This document shows, piece after piece, positions 24,220-35,304 of a stretch of DNA of 42,964 bases; the stretch's first letter is position 1, and each line of letters opens with the position of its first letter. Position numbers and translations under genes: made by a program. This stretch comes from Basidiobolus meristosporus CBS 931.73 (taxonomy: Eukaryota; Fungi; Basidiobolomycota), in the NCBI GenBank assembly GCA_002104905.1, contig MCFE01000709.1, positions 1 through 42,964 on the forward strand, in the 5' to 3' direction. The notes beneath the pieces were generated by a model that had not been told where the DNA came from, did no database searches, and saw nothing but the letters and a program-made list of their open reading frames with translations.

Positions 24220-25912
24220 ATGCTTTTTCAGATACTCGTCGCTTCATACATTGCAGGTTTAGCTCTAGTTGGTGGCCTTAGTGCCAAGCCTTACTTCGAT
24301 CTACTCGACCACCTGTCCACAAAGTCACCATACAAGATACCTAGGAGTGCTGAGCAGGGAACATCTGTTGCCAGCACATGCAATCTAACTCAGTTGCATT
24401 TGGTAGAGTATATGATGCAGAGTCCGTTCAGATGGTATTCAGTATATTAAGCATTTTCCCAAAAGATCTCGCGGCATGGTAAGAACAACGAGCGGGTGGC
24501 CCTTCCAAAACATAGAGTGAAGTAGTTGAGTATTCTAGGCACGAGATATCCAAGTGCGAGAGACGCCCTCGAGTTTGCTAGACTCGGCAAGCTGTTCTCG
24601 AAGGCAATCAAGCATGATGGTCGATATTCCTGGATGAGCTCTTGGGTATGTACTGCGCATCTACCTGGCTGAGCCTTGGCGTTATTTATCTCGTGGAAAC
24701 CCAGGAAAGCCCCTATCTGGTCAGTCAGGAATATCAGCTGGCGCCATCGGGGGCCCTGGATTTATATAGGTTGTCGAAAAGATGCCGAAGCCGATACCAT
24801 GATTTTTTTCGTGGTCAAGGCTATGATCCGAGGCTCTACTCGTTCTTGAGTTCACAAAAGGATAGGTGATGTCGGATTCTGCCCTTTCTGATTATCGACT
24901 GTGCTTACTCTGATGATAGGTCTGGAGAATCTGGCTCCGCCTTTGGGATTGGCCTATTTGAGGGCACCGGGCCGCTTGGTGAAACACGCATTCAGCCTGT
25001 CTACATCTATACCATTCCATTGGTAAGAAAGAGACTGATTGGTTCCATCTCCATGGTGTTAACCTTATTGCTAGGGGCTGGATCAAGAGCTAGCAATCAA
25101 GTATGCATGCGAAAAATGGCTGGCCCAGTCACGTGACAACGTCCGCCTTGGTGCCGTCAAACGACATTTCTCCAAGCACTACATCAAAAAGACTGCCAAT
25201 CGCATTTCCGAGGAATTCGCCCTCAACGTTACCACACTTGATGTCAAATACATCTACAAATTATGTGGGTTTGAAGCCTCGATCCACCAGCGCCGCTCCA
25301 CATGGTGCGATCTGTTGAGGGATGACGAGATACTGGAGCTAGAGCTTTTGGGGGATTTTGAGAGCTATTACAAGTACTCTTATGGCTCAGCAATGAATTC
25401 GAAGATGGCGTGCGCCTTGGTCACCAAACTAGTGACTCAGGTGGAAGATCATCTTCGAGGCGCTTCTTCTACAAGGGCCTACTTCAAATTTGGTCATGCC
25501 GAGACCCTTTTGTTTCTTAGCACACTTCTGGTACAGTGATTTGGAGGCCTACTTCCGATCCACCGTATTAATGAACCCCCTATAGAACCTGCGAAAAGAC
25601 CCCGCTCAATGGACTATTTCGAACATCCCGAAGTTACTCCAGGAGCGCGATTTCCGGACAAGCGAGCTGACCCCGTTCAGTGCCAACGTTTTTTTCGAAA
25701 TTTACCAATGCGCCCAAGGAGGAGGCACAAGAGTGCGACTACTGGTAAACGAACGGCCAACGCAAATACCTGGATGCCGCGAGTTACTATGCTCCTGGGA
25801 GGAGGCGAAGGGCCTCTTGAAGGATTCAATTGGCTGCACCATGGCATCTTTCTGTAGCGTTTCGAAGCAAGAAGTGCTTAGGGTTCAGCGAAGAAACAAC
25901 AGGATGGAATAG
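24220..25912 (+). CDS. MINPP1: Secreted/ER multiple inositol polyphosphate phosphatase-like histidine acid phosphatase, 449 aa. Exons 24220-24402, 24466-24478, 24539-24645, 24705-24865, 24920-25022, 25075-25530, 25586-25912.
   Basis: Signal-peptide-like MLFQILVASYIAGLALVGGLSA; HLSTKSPY; C-x-L-x-Q-L-H-L; spliced catalytic RHGTRYP; YYKYSYGS; proton-donor motif FGHAET; FRTSELTPFSANVFFEIYQC; VRLLVNE. Six GT-AG introns keep the frame, and exon lengths sum to 1350 nt. Confidence 0.9.
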
Positions 25913-25938
25913 CCGGGTTTTATTTTACTGTGGTAGCT

Positions 25939-26781
25939 TCATTTCGAATAAAGAATGCTGTGAAAGCGATCTAATTCTGCATGGCATCTATCCGGGGCGC
26001 AGTTGGCAAAGTGGACCAAGAAGTCGCCATCATGATAATTGTACTGATTCTCCGCTTTGTTATCCAGGTCGCACTTATGGTTGAGGGCGGCGCATGCCTT
26101 CCTCAGTGGAATGAAATTGAAGTGATCCACCACCTCCTGGCCAGAGTGGAAAAGGCCCTGCATTTTTCGCTGCTCTCCATACTTATGGGGGTCATCCCAT
26201 GACTGCTCCAGCATATCTTCGAGGAATTTCCTCGACCAATCCGAGTTTCGCATGAAGATGCTTCCAGTGTTCAGGCCGTTACAGTCCCACGACATCACGA
26301 TGTCCTTTTCAAAATGCCGATTCTGGGAAACGTGGCTCAACACATGATCCTCAATGGTGTACCGCTGCTCCATTATGAGTGAATCCACATCAATCCACCA
26401 GAACCAGCGTTTGCTCGGGTGATCCAGCATTGCTTGATGGAGGTGAATTATTTTCGACCAACTCTATATGGGAAACATTAGCTTAGCGCTCGCTACACCA
26501 AAACTAGGGAAACCTACAGATGCTCGGCCATCGTCAGTCGCATTGTTTATGAGCAATTCGTAGCCATGCCTTTTGGCATAATCATGCTTGTCTTGCAAGG
26601 TTCGAGGGACCCAGTGCTCCTCCATCTTCTGATCCCAAGCCATCACCATGGCGATATCTTCGGGATAAATTGGGTCTTGAAGCAGTTGCTCGGTGGGATA
26701 TGCATCAAGGGAGGTAATGATGATCAATGGAAATGTGCACAGCAAACCAAGTAAGCTGGTTAATATTGAGCGAGGAGCCAT
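25939..26781 (-). CDS. GT34 glycosyltransferase (galactosyl transferase GMA12/MNN10 family), 262 aa. Exons 26781-26518, 26463-25939.
   Basis: Hydrophobic N-terminus MAPRSILTSLLGLLCTFPLIIITSL; DKHDYAKRHGYEL; intron GTAGGT..GCTAAT..TAG (54 nt); SWSKII; WFWWIDVDSLIM (DxD motif); DIVMSWDCNGLNTGSIFMRNSDWSRKFL; EQ; YHDGDFLVHFA. An upstream in-frame ATG at 26847 is an alternative start. Confidence 0.88.
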
Positions 26782-29460
26782 GGCTGAATAATGGGATCGA
26801 GGGCCATGAGTGTCACCTTTATATCCGATGCCTATTGATCTACGCATTCTCTCCGGCGGCTATTTTTCTGCACACAGGAGATACCATTCGGCCCAAGGAT
26901 TGGCTGTTTGCATGTTGACTTACTGGCCAAGAGATCCGAGAGCATGACTTCAACACTTGACGGGTCTTCGAATATTATTGGTGAAGCTACCAACGTAGGT
27001 TATCTTTAGTGCAGCTTACAGCTCAAAGCAAATAATAAGAGCGATCATCCCACCGAACTACAAGCCTTAGCTGGGCTCGGTGTGTAAAATTAGCACTCTT
27101 TCTTAAGCGACAACAACTCGGCCAATCGGAGGTAAACCATGTGATCCCACTTCTCGTTGAGTTTCAAACCAGAGAAGTCATTACTATCGGAGGTCGTGAT
27201 TGGTAGGAGAGCCCATATGTGGAATGAATGCCACTTGAATGGCCAGGGAAACAGGGACCAACTGGATAACTCCCATGCATACTGATTCGAATAGGCACCA
27301 GTCGATGTGGCAAACATGTTTTCGTGAAGCGAAGTCGGAAGCAATCCAATTGTCCACGCTTTCGACCAAAAATACTCCCTTAAGACTGATTCACTAGATT
27401 CCCCAAAAACGGAGAGTGCCGCACCATTAAGCTGGCCATTGCATTCGCCACTCTAACTTACAGAAAGCACTCTAGGCATGCCAAACTAACCCCCTTATAA
27501 TACAAGAGGCATTTGCCGATTCATCGATGGGTTGGTGTGACCTTGGTATACGAGATAAATTAACAGGGATTATCGGCCAACTCCAGATGATAAAATGGAG
27601 ACATTAACGTGGTGCATATATTACATGATGCATGGTACTGCGAATTTTAACAGTAAAATTGCCGAATCGATGGCCAAAAATAAGAAATCTACCAGCTGGG
27701 AGCCGGTTTGACTTTAAGCCACATTTGGCGTTTAATGTGAGAAGCCAGTATATATTGAGCATTCGAAACAGCTGGTCAAACTTGTTTGAAGCGGTAGGAA
27801 TTCGTAAAATGCATGATGGAATACATACAACTGCCACACTTTTAATACTTGCAATAATTCCAATCCAGATATAACGAGTGGACTCAGACATTAGCTCGCA
27901 ATGTGGCTATTCTGGGTTGCAGTTGGCGGCCGATGCGAGCACAGTATATTTCATAAATGTTGCCTTTTGCATAAAGTGCTATTTGTTTCCCTGTAGTGTG
28001 GGCGAATGAAAGCTGTAGCATTGGATCCTAGACTATTTATCAATGTATCCTAGGCAGAAACCAATGTGCCTACATTCGTTTGACTAAGATTGTTCCTGTT
28101 CTAGTGAACATAATAACTAGAGGTATGGATTGACTGCTTGTCAAGATGCCAATCAGGTTTTGGCCTATGAATAGTAATCAAATGGTATTTGTTACTGGTT
28201 ACTGTACGGGGATATTTTGGTGGGAGTGGTAGGTGGATCTAATTAGTTTTGATTCACTGTATCTGGATCGTGGACCCGATGCTAATGAGAAAGGATCTGA
28301 AGATAATGTGGTATTCAGTGTCTATTTTATTAATAGAATAATGTTATATAAGGTCCGCAAGCGCTCAACCTCACCAACATTCTCTAGACTTCTAATTTTT
28401 AACTGTAAAACTTTCTTCCGTTGAACATGCTTGTCGTGCAATCTCTTCCTTCTTTTCCTTCTGCCCCTTCAATCCCTGTTTCTCTCTCTAACAATAACCA
28501 TGTCGATTGCCGGATCAATCTACACCCTTCACTCCGTTCGACTTTCGCGTCCACGCCATTCCCGAAAGTGCTGGGCACTCAGAGCACCCTTCTTCTTGAC
28601 CGAGAGATTCCTGTTTACGCTTTCAGAAGAAGAAACGCCGTTGTAGAGGCGAATTTTAGAGAGCCTTTCGAGAACCTGCCCCGAAACTGATTCACTTGAT
28701 CATGACAGACAACGATGTACACCCCATTCTAGAGTAAAACACCATTCAAACTTTGATTCTTCGCCAATCTCTGGCCAAGCCGTACACAATTCTCTGTTAC
28801 GCATCCACTATATTTCCAAGCCTAAAACTGAATGTTCACTTCCGTTGAACTTCCTCGTAACCTTTTGGAAGATCCCTTTGAAAGGTGCTCTCTATAGTAG
28901 TAATACCCCCAATGTTTCTTGCTGGTTTTAATTGTGCTTCTCAACACATGACTATTTTATACATAACCTATAGACATATATTACTAGCTGCGTTAGTGTT
29001 GTCTTAGAAATAAATTACCTGTTCTGGAAGTTCACGTTCCTGGTTTTTATTCTTCAATATCATCGGTCCACTACTGGACAACATTGGCAAATACCGAAGA
29101 TGCATGTTGAAGAGCGTCATCGACCTGATGAGGATTTGGCTAGCTCACGTGGAGAAAGTTGGAGGATCCCGATCGCTCAAAGTTCAGAGATGAAGGGCCC
29201 ATGGTATTCAGTAGGTACCAAATCTTCCGCTAAAAGGAATGCTCCTGACAATATGCATAGGTCCTCAATTGAACCAGCTTGTGAAAATTACTTGGTTTAT
29301 TGAGTATTTACTACACTAGTGAGAGCAGATTATTACTGGAATCCTAAATCCAGTCCGAAAAAGAATGATGCTATGCAAAAGATTTGCTCTGTGTACGTCC
29401 CAGATTACAAAGTTAAATGGGTGAAGGGATGCAAAAGAGGGGACTATACAGTCACACTTT

Positions 29461-32316
29461 TTAGTGGGATTTTTCGGATGCATGAGGCTTGTCTGAAGTC
29501 AATGGTTGGTATTGATGCTTGTAAGAGACTCTGGCAAGCTGAAGCATGAAGTCCTCCAGATTCCTGTTCTTCCTTGACTTCGGTGACTTGCCATGCACAA
29601 GTCGATCAAATCCAATAGAGTTCGACAGCAACATGTACACCAGCGCCATGACACAGAACACCCCGAATGAGAACAGCCAGATACGCACCACCGTGACAAT
29701 ATCCGTGCGTGTCCCAGTGAACCATCCGAAGATGGCAAACAGCGACGCAAGAATGTCCACGACAAATACCGCTCCGGCCAGCTGCCATGATGGGAGACTG
29801 CCAAAGAATGAGGTGCTCAGTCGAGTGATGAAGATCAGCCAGTTCTCGGTAAGCACCACTTCCAGGAACATCACCTCTTGCGAGCCACCAAAGTTCTGGA
29901 TGACCCCTTGTCCTTGGACTAGAGTGGTGGTGAAGATGATCCAGGTCCCGGCAGCAAGGATCACTGCCATGACAAGAGAGAGGCCCCAGAGCTTCGGGAT
30001 GTTCCACTTGACCGGGGAGAGAGAGTAGGGCGCATTGTCGTAGGCCACCATGAGTGTGGCGATATCCGCGAAAATAGCGATGAACACCACCAGCTCCACG
30101 TTGATTGTCTGATCCAAGATCACCATGGTGCTGGTGAGGAAGATCTCCAGATGAAGTGACAAGGCGATGCGATAGATGATGTACGCGTGCATCCGGTGGA
30201 AGATCTGTCGAGAGGTCTTGATCGCATCAATAATCACCCCCAGCCCCGGTGCAAGGAAGACGATATCAGCGGCACTTCGAGCAGCGTCGCTCGATCCCTC
30301 CACCGCAATCCCCGTGTCGGCCTTCTTGAGCGACGGAGCATCGTTGACACCATCCCCAGTCATGGCAACCAAGTAGCCACGCTTCTGCAGAATGTCCACC
30401 GCGTGGTACTTGTGCTCGGGGAACACTTCGGCAAATCCGTCCGCAGCCTCCACAAAGTCGTACAACTCCGAGCCAGTCATCTCGCCGGAGCCTGAGGCTC
30501 CACCCTGAGTCATGCCCAGCTTGTCCGCAATGTAGATGTTCGTTCCCATTCTGAGCTGACGCGCAGTCTCCTTAGCAATGCCTACCGCATCGCCCGTGAG
30601 CATCTTCACCTTCAGTCCGAGCTCCTGGGCCTCAGCAATGGTCTTTGCCGTATCGTAACGTGGCGGGTCAAAGAGTGGCAGGATGCCGAGGATCTGCCAT
30701 CCGTTCGCGGGGGTGTACCAGGCAACGCCCAAGCTTCTGAAACCACGATCGGCAAACTCAGCAACCACCTCCTCGTACTGGTGTGCAATCGCGGGATCCA
30801 GCTTGCTCTCCTCCTGGACCATTCGCAGGACAAACGGTGGTGCTCCCTTGACCGCGATGCACTGGTTGCCCTCGGGATCGATCACCTTGGCCAGGACCTT
30901 CTTCGAGACCGGGTCGAACGGCTGGAACTCCTGGATTCTGTACTCGCGCATGTTTCGCCGTGCCTGTGGATACTTTCCCAGCGCCTTGATCACCGCCTTG
31001 TCAATCGCGTCCATTCCCTTCTTCTTGCGTGAGGCCGCGAGCGCCGAGACAAAGATCAGCATCTCATCGTCCACTCCCTCCACACAGAATGGCTCATGCA
31101 GGGTGAGTTTGTTCTGCGTTAGGGTGCCGGTCTTATCCGAGCACAGAATCTCCACCCCTGCTAGCGACTCGATCGCTGTCAACTTTTGCACGATCGCCTT
31201 CTTCTTCGCCAGGAACGCTGCCCCGACCGCCATGGTGGTTGTCACTACTGCCGGCAGTCCCACCGGGACTCCAATCACCGTGATCACCAAGGTGTACTCC
31301 AGCAAGCGGACGATCCCAGTCGACCGGTAGAATCCCGAGATCCAGATGATGAGTAGCCAGATGATGACCAGAACCAGGAGAACCATTCCAATCCCGTTGA
31401 TCACCTCAGTAAAGTGGCCCACTCCGTTGGACTTGCCAGCCAGTGTTGCCGCTCTTCCCACGAATGTCTTCTCGCCGATAGCCGTCACCACCGCATATGC
31501 TCTTCCACGCTTGATGCAAGAGCTGCTGTATAGACTGTCACCAGGGCCTTTGCTCGCCGCCAATGACTCGCCTGTCAGCGCCGACTGATCCACTTGTAGC
31601 CTGGCATCCTCCCCCAGGACACGCGCGTCAGCCGGGACAATGCTACCGTCCTCCACCAATATGATGTCCCCTGGAACAAGTGTATTCGCCTCAATCTCCC
31701 GCTCCTGTCCATCTCGTACTGCCACTGCCGATAGGGCCAGCGTTTGCTTCAGTTGGTCGATGATGTTTCCTGCTTGGTACTCCTGGACGAATCCGACGAA
31801 CGCATTGAGCAGGAGCAGCCCAATGATCACCCCAAGATCAACCCAATCTTGAAGGCCACCCGCCAGACATGCCGCTATCCACATCACGTACTGGATGGGG
31901 CCACAGAAGAACATGAAGAACTTGATGATCTTGTTCTCTTTCTCGTGCGAGAGCTGGTTGAGCCCGTACTTCTTTCTTCGCACCTCCACCTCTTCCGAGG
32001 TCAGCCCCTTTCGCACATCTGTCTGGAGCAGCTCCTCGGGTATCACCACCTCCCTGGGGCCATCCTCACTCTCCTCTTCATCGTCCGGAATATCCTCCTC
32101 GTCACTCCAGTCGTAGTCACTCATCACGGAGATGGCTGCTGCTGACTGTTGAGTATCTTTTTTGGTCAAGGGTGCTGCAGGCAACAACTGGTTTAACTGG
32201 CCTTTTTCATTTTCGGCACCAGAAGTGCTCTCGTGATTGCCGCTGCGCCCGGGGGCATCCTTAAACTGAACTGAGGGTTTGTTCGATAAGGTATTGGGGG
32301 CTGGGCTTTCTGGCAT
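29461..32316 (-). CDS. PMA1: Plasma-membrane H+-ATPase (P3A-type), copy A, 951 aa, intronless
   Basis: [13 protein letters not shown] (phosphorylated Asp), [33 protein letters not shown] and the C-terminal LEDF..RVS motif. Confidence 0.98.
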   Translation of the reverse strand: MPESPAPNTLSNKPSVQFKDAPGRSGNHESTSGAENEKGQLNQLLPAAPLTKKDTQQSAAAISVMSDYDWSDEEDIPDDEEESEDGPREVVIPEELLQTDVRKGLTSEEVEVRRKKYGLNQLSHEKENKIIKFFMFFCGPIQYVMWIAACLAGGLQDWVDLGVIIGLLLLNAFVGFVQEYQAGNIIDQLKQTLALSAVAVRDGQEREIEANTLVPGDIILVEDGSIVPADARVLGEDARLQVDQSALTGESLAASKGPGDSLYSSSCIKRGRAYAVVTAIGEKTFVGRAATLAGKSNGVGHFTEVINGIGMVLLVLVIIWLLIIWISGFYRSTGIVRLLEYTLVITVIGVPVGLPAVVTTTMAVGAAFLAKKKAIVQKLTAIESLAGVEILCSDKTGTLTQNKLTLHEPFCVEGVDDEMLIFVSALAASRKKKGMDAIDKAVIKALGKYPQARRNMREYRIQEFQPFDPVSKKVLAKVIDPEGNQCIAVKGAPPFVLRMVQEESKLDPAIAHQYEEVVAEFADRGFRSLGVAWYTPANGWQILGILPLFDPPRYDTAKTIAEAQELGLKVKMLTGDAVGIAKETARQLRMGTNIYIADKLGMTQGGASGSGEMTGSELYDFVEAADGFAEVFPEHKYHAVDILQKRGYLVAMTGDGVNDAPSLKKADTGIAVEGSSDAARSAADIVFLAPGLGVIIDAIKTSRQIFHRMHAYIIYRIALSLHLEIFLTSTMVILDQTINVELVVFIAIFADIATLMVAYDNAPYSLSPVKWNIPKLWGLSLVMAVILAAGTWIIFTTTLVQGQGVIQNFGGSQEVMFLEVVLTENWLIFITRLSTSFFGSLPSWQLAGAVFVVDILASLFAIFGWFTGTRTDIVTVVRIWLFSFGVFCVMALVYMLLSNSIGFDRLVHGKSPKSRKNRNLEDFMLQLARVSYKHQYQPLTSDKPHASEKSH

Positions 32317-32441
32317 TGTTTCCTCCGCAAACAGAGTTGGTCAATCGCTTGATAAAACCCGGAAGTAAAGTTTGATTGGAGAAAAATGGAATAGCCGAAT
32401 AGATATTAGTTGATATGGCTACCGGAGGTGGAGATGAAGGA

Positions 32442-32449
32442 TTTATATA
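32442..32449 (-). promoter_or_regulatory. Candidate TATA box (TATATAAA) of PMA copy A
   Basis: Plus-strand tttatata, ~125 bp upstream of the ATG at 32316. Confidence 0.5.
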
Positions 32450-35205
32450 TCCGCTTGATTAGGGGTGTCTTGCAAACGTAGGCATAAACGTAGACCGAAG
32501 TTTATTGTGCTGATCTATTGTGCCGGATATGTGTATTGCAATGCTGAATAACCATCGAATCGTACCAACAACTCATGAAATGTCTCCCTCTCGGATCCAT
32601 TCAACCATTCAAGACCACATGTTGCTACAATGATAGCTATATGGTGATCAGTTTATCTCCACCACCGACCTACAATAGTAAATGAAATATTCCTCTATTG
32701 ATCCATCAGTCGCTCCACCAACCAGGTCTCATCTGGAAATTCTGCATATGATATGATGCCCATCGATTCGCACCCAATCAGCGTTGCATCTTCGTTTAGT
32801 ACGGATGATGGCGCTTCATTGGGTATTCTGCGTCATTACCACTTCTTTAAATAGAACTCATCCTGATATGAAACTCGAGCCAACCCTGATGTGATTTGGG
32901 CCAACATGACCTGTTTTTCCTTTTTAGGAAGAGCTGCTTTATTGTGCATTGGCAATTTTGCATGAATCAAGTCGCTCTAGGTTAAACCTAAATGTCGGGA
33001 GAAGTGCCCGCAAATTCCGAACCGCATCGATAATGGGCACTACACAACAATCGTTATAGATGGAGGTGATTCAGATACCCTGGTCGTATTATTGCTTGAA
33101 CTGAATCCCAATACAATACTGGCAGTCGCTACATTGGCGCCCTTCCCGCCTTGAATCTCGGGTTTCCTCCTGAAGATACGAATTCGGTGAAGGAAATCAG
33201 TGTAAGGGCTATTAAACCAAGCCAATGGTCATCTTAGGTGGCGTTTGATAAAACCCCACCACGAAGGCTACTGGTGTTATGTAGTGGGTATGCAATGCTG
33301 GGCCATTTTAAATATGGCTCATTCTTTTGGGGGACATTCCAATGACACGATCATGTCAACGGCCAGGACCATTCACCCACCGCTATTTAGACCCTGCCAT
33401 AGCGAGAAAATCATCGTCGCCAATATGTAGGTAGAAAACCCACTTTGCTAGTTCGAGTAATTGTATTACCCATCAAACAGGGGGATTTCACGGCTTGAAA
33501 TGGCCGAAAGCAGAGGTGGTTCAACCAAGACACGATCTCTGGTTCGGTTGTGATGGGAATGTTTGCTTAATTCTGACTCCGATGACACATCACTTGTATG
33601 GCTACATGGTTGTATCTGCTTTATCCAAACCGCCAAGCAGCAAATTTGCTTGCGAGTCTGCATTCCGAATGACCCTCGAGCATGCAATATCTTGATTGAT
33701 CAATCTTCAAATATTGAAGTGTATAGAGTACGCAGCTCACATGTTTGCATTCTGATATCGGCCAAGCTCATATACGCTGGTTCGCAATACGAATGAATCA
33801 TTTCTAAATATAGGCGGAGTAGTTGGGTGTGGCCAATCAGCGGTCAACAACCCTGTATCCAAATGTAGCGGGCAGTAGATTTCTTGTCTAAGATGGAGGG
33901 GAAGAAGCCCCAGAGACAGAAACAGTATTTCGGACTGAATTAGAGAACATCGACATCCGATATGAAAAAGATATCTTCTCAGCTGAGGCAGCTACTGGTA
34001 GCCAGCAACCGCGCAAAAAGACTGGCCTACTGGTTATCGCCTTTCCTGCGTCCACATGTTGGCATTCGCTTGTACATCTGGAAGACGCACTCAACCACAA
34101 TGGCATCTGAGACTGCTTCAGCGGATGGCAAATGCCAGAGCACCAGGCGAAGATCCTGGTCTTTGCATGGTTTCAGGGTTCGTTGTGTATATCCAGAAAA
34201 CGCCATGATTTCTAGATGAAGGAAATAATGTGTAGGGGCTGCAGCAGAATGTTGGAGTACATATCCAGCGGTAGTCGTGAATCGCCCAATCATCGTTGGC
34301 CTCCATATATCACCATCAGATTTGCCAACAATACGAAACCATCCGGAGCCGCGTCTATCGTTTGTCCTCTGGACGACAACACTATTGTCCGTGTTCGATC
34401 TACTACTCCTGAGTTGGGTTGGATTCAATATGCTACAAACAGCCAGTAAGCAAAGCTGCATTTGCTTACTGACAGAAATCGCTATCCCAAGTGTACAATT
34501 CAGCAGTCTGATCACATGTGACCCATCCTTCAGTCTACAATGTAGCCATCGTATCGATTCATTCATCGAGTTGTTGGCCGCAAATAATTGCAGTCCGACA
34601 CCGGTGAGACATTGAGATACTGCCCAGCACCCAGAGATGGCTGGATACTGAAAGCGGATAAAGCATAGTGCCATATGATGTGTCAGCATTCCTCACATAT
34701 TATTCGATTGTGCGGGAGGGGAAGCACCGAAAACAAAAGATAGGCATCCACAAGATGGCTAAATGATATTTCCATGCTTGATGGACAGCAATAAGATACG
34801 GGGTGACTGGGCAGGAAAGAATCGAGAAACAAATAAGGGGGCGTTCGGCCATAGGCTGGAAAAAGAATTTAAGCTTTAAACAATGACGGAATGCAATCCG
34901 AAAGCAGCCCACGCATAATCATGTTGTAGACCGAGTTGGCAAATGTTGGTTTATTGTACAACCCGCATTCTCTCCACATTCCCTAAACCAACTTTAGTTA
35001 GGTATGAACAAATGCCATGTACGAGAAGCTCTCGTAGCATACGAAACCGATTGGCCCCCAGGTGGTTTTGATTGGGATTCCCAGCGATTACCACCTCAGG
35101 TAGTGCACTCGCCATGCCAGAAGGTTACGTGATCTTATTGAGGACGTATTATTGTTGGCTCTGAGCATTTGAACTGAGATCTGATTCTCAGGGCGATCCC
35201 TAGGC

Positions 35206-35213
35206 TATATAAA
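35206..35213 (+). promoter_or_regulatory. Candidate TATA box (TATATAAA) of PMA copy B
   Basis: tatataaa, ~92 bp upstream of the ATG at 35305, followed by a CT-rich leader. Confidence 0.5.
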
Positions 35214-35304
35214 CCCGCCAACCTCGAGATTCACCCATCACCACATCTACTCACATTTCTGTTTACACCCTTCACTTGAACAGAGCCAGTGTAAAGAAAA
35301 AAGG

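Noticed and set aside
27090-28200. Short ORFs between the GT34 gene and PMA copy A
   Set aside because: No motifs, overlapping on both strands, and no splice support.
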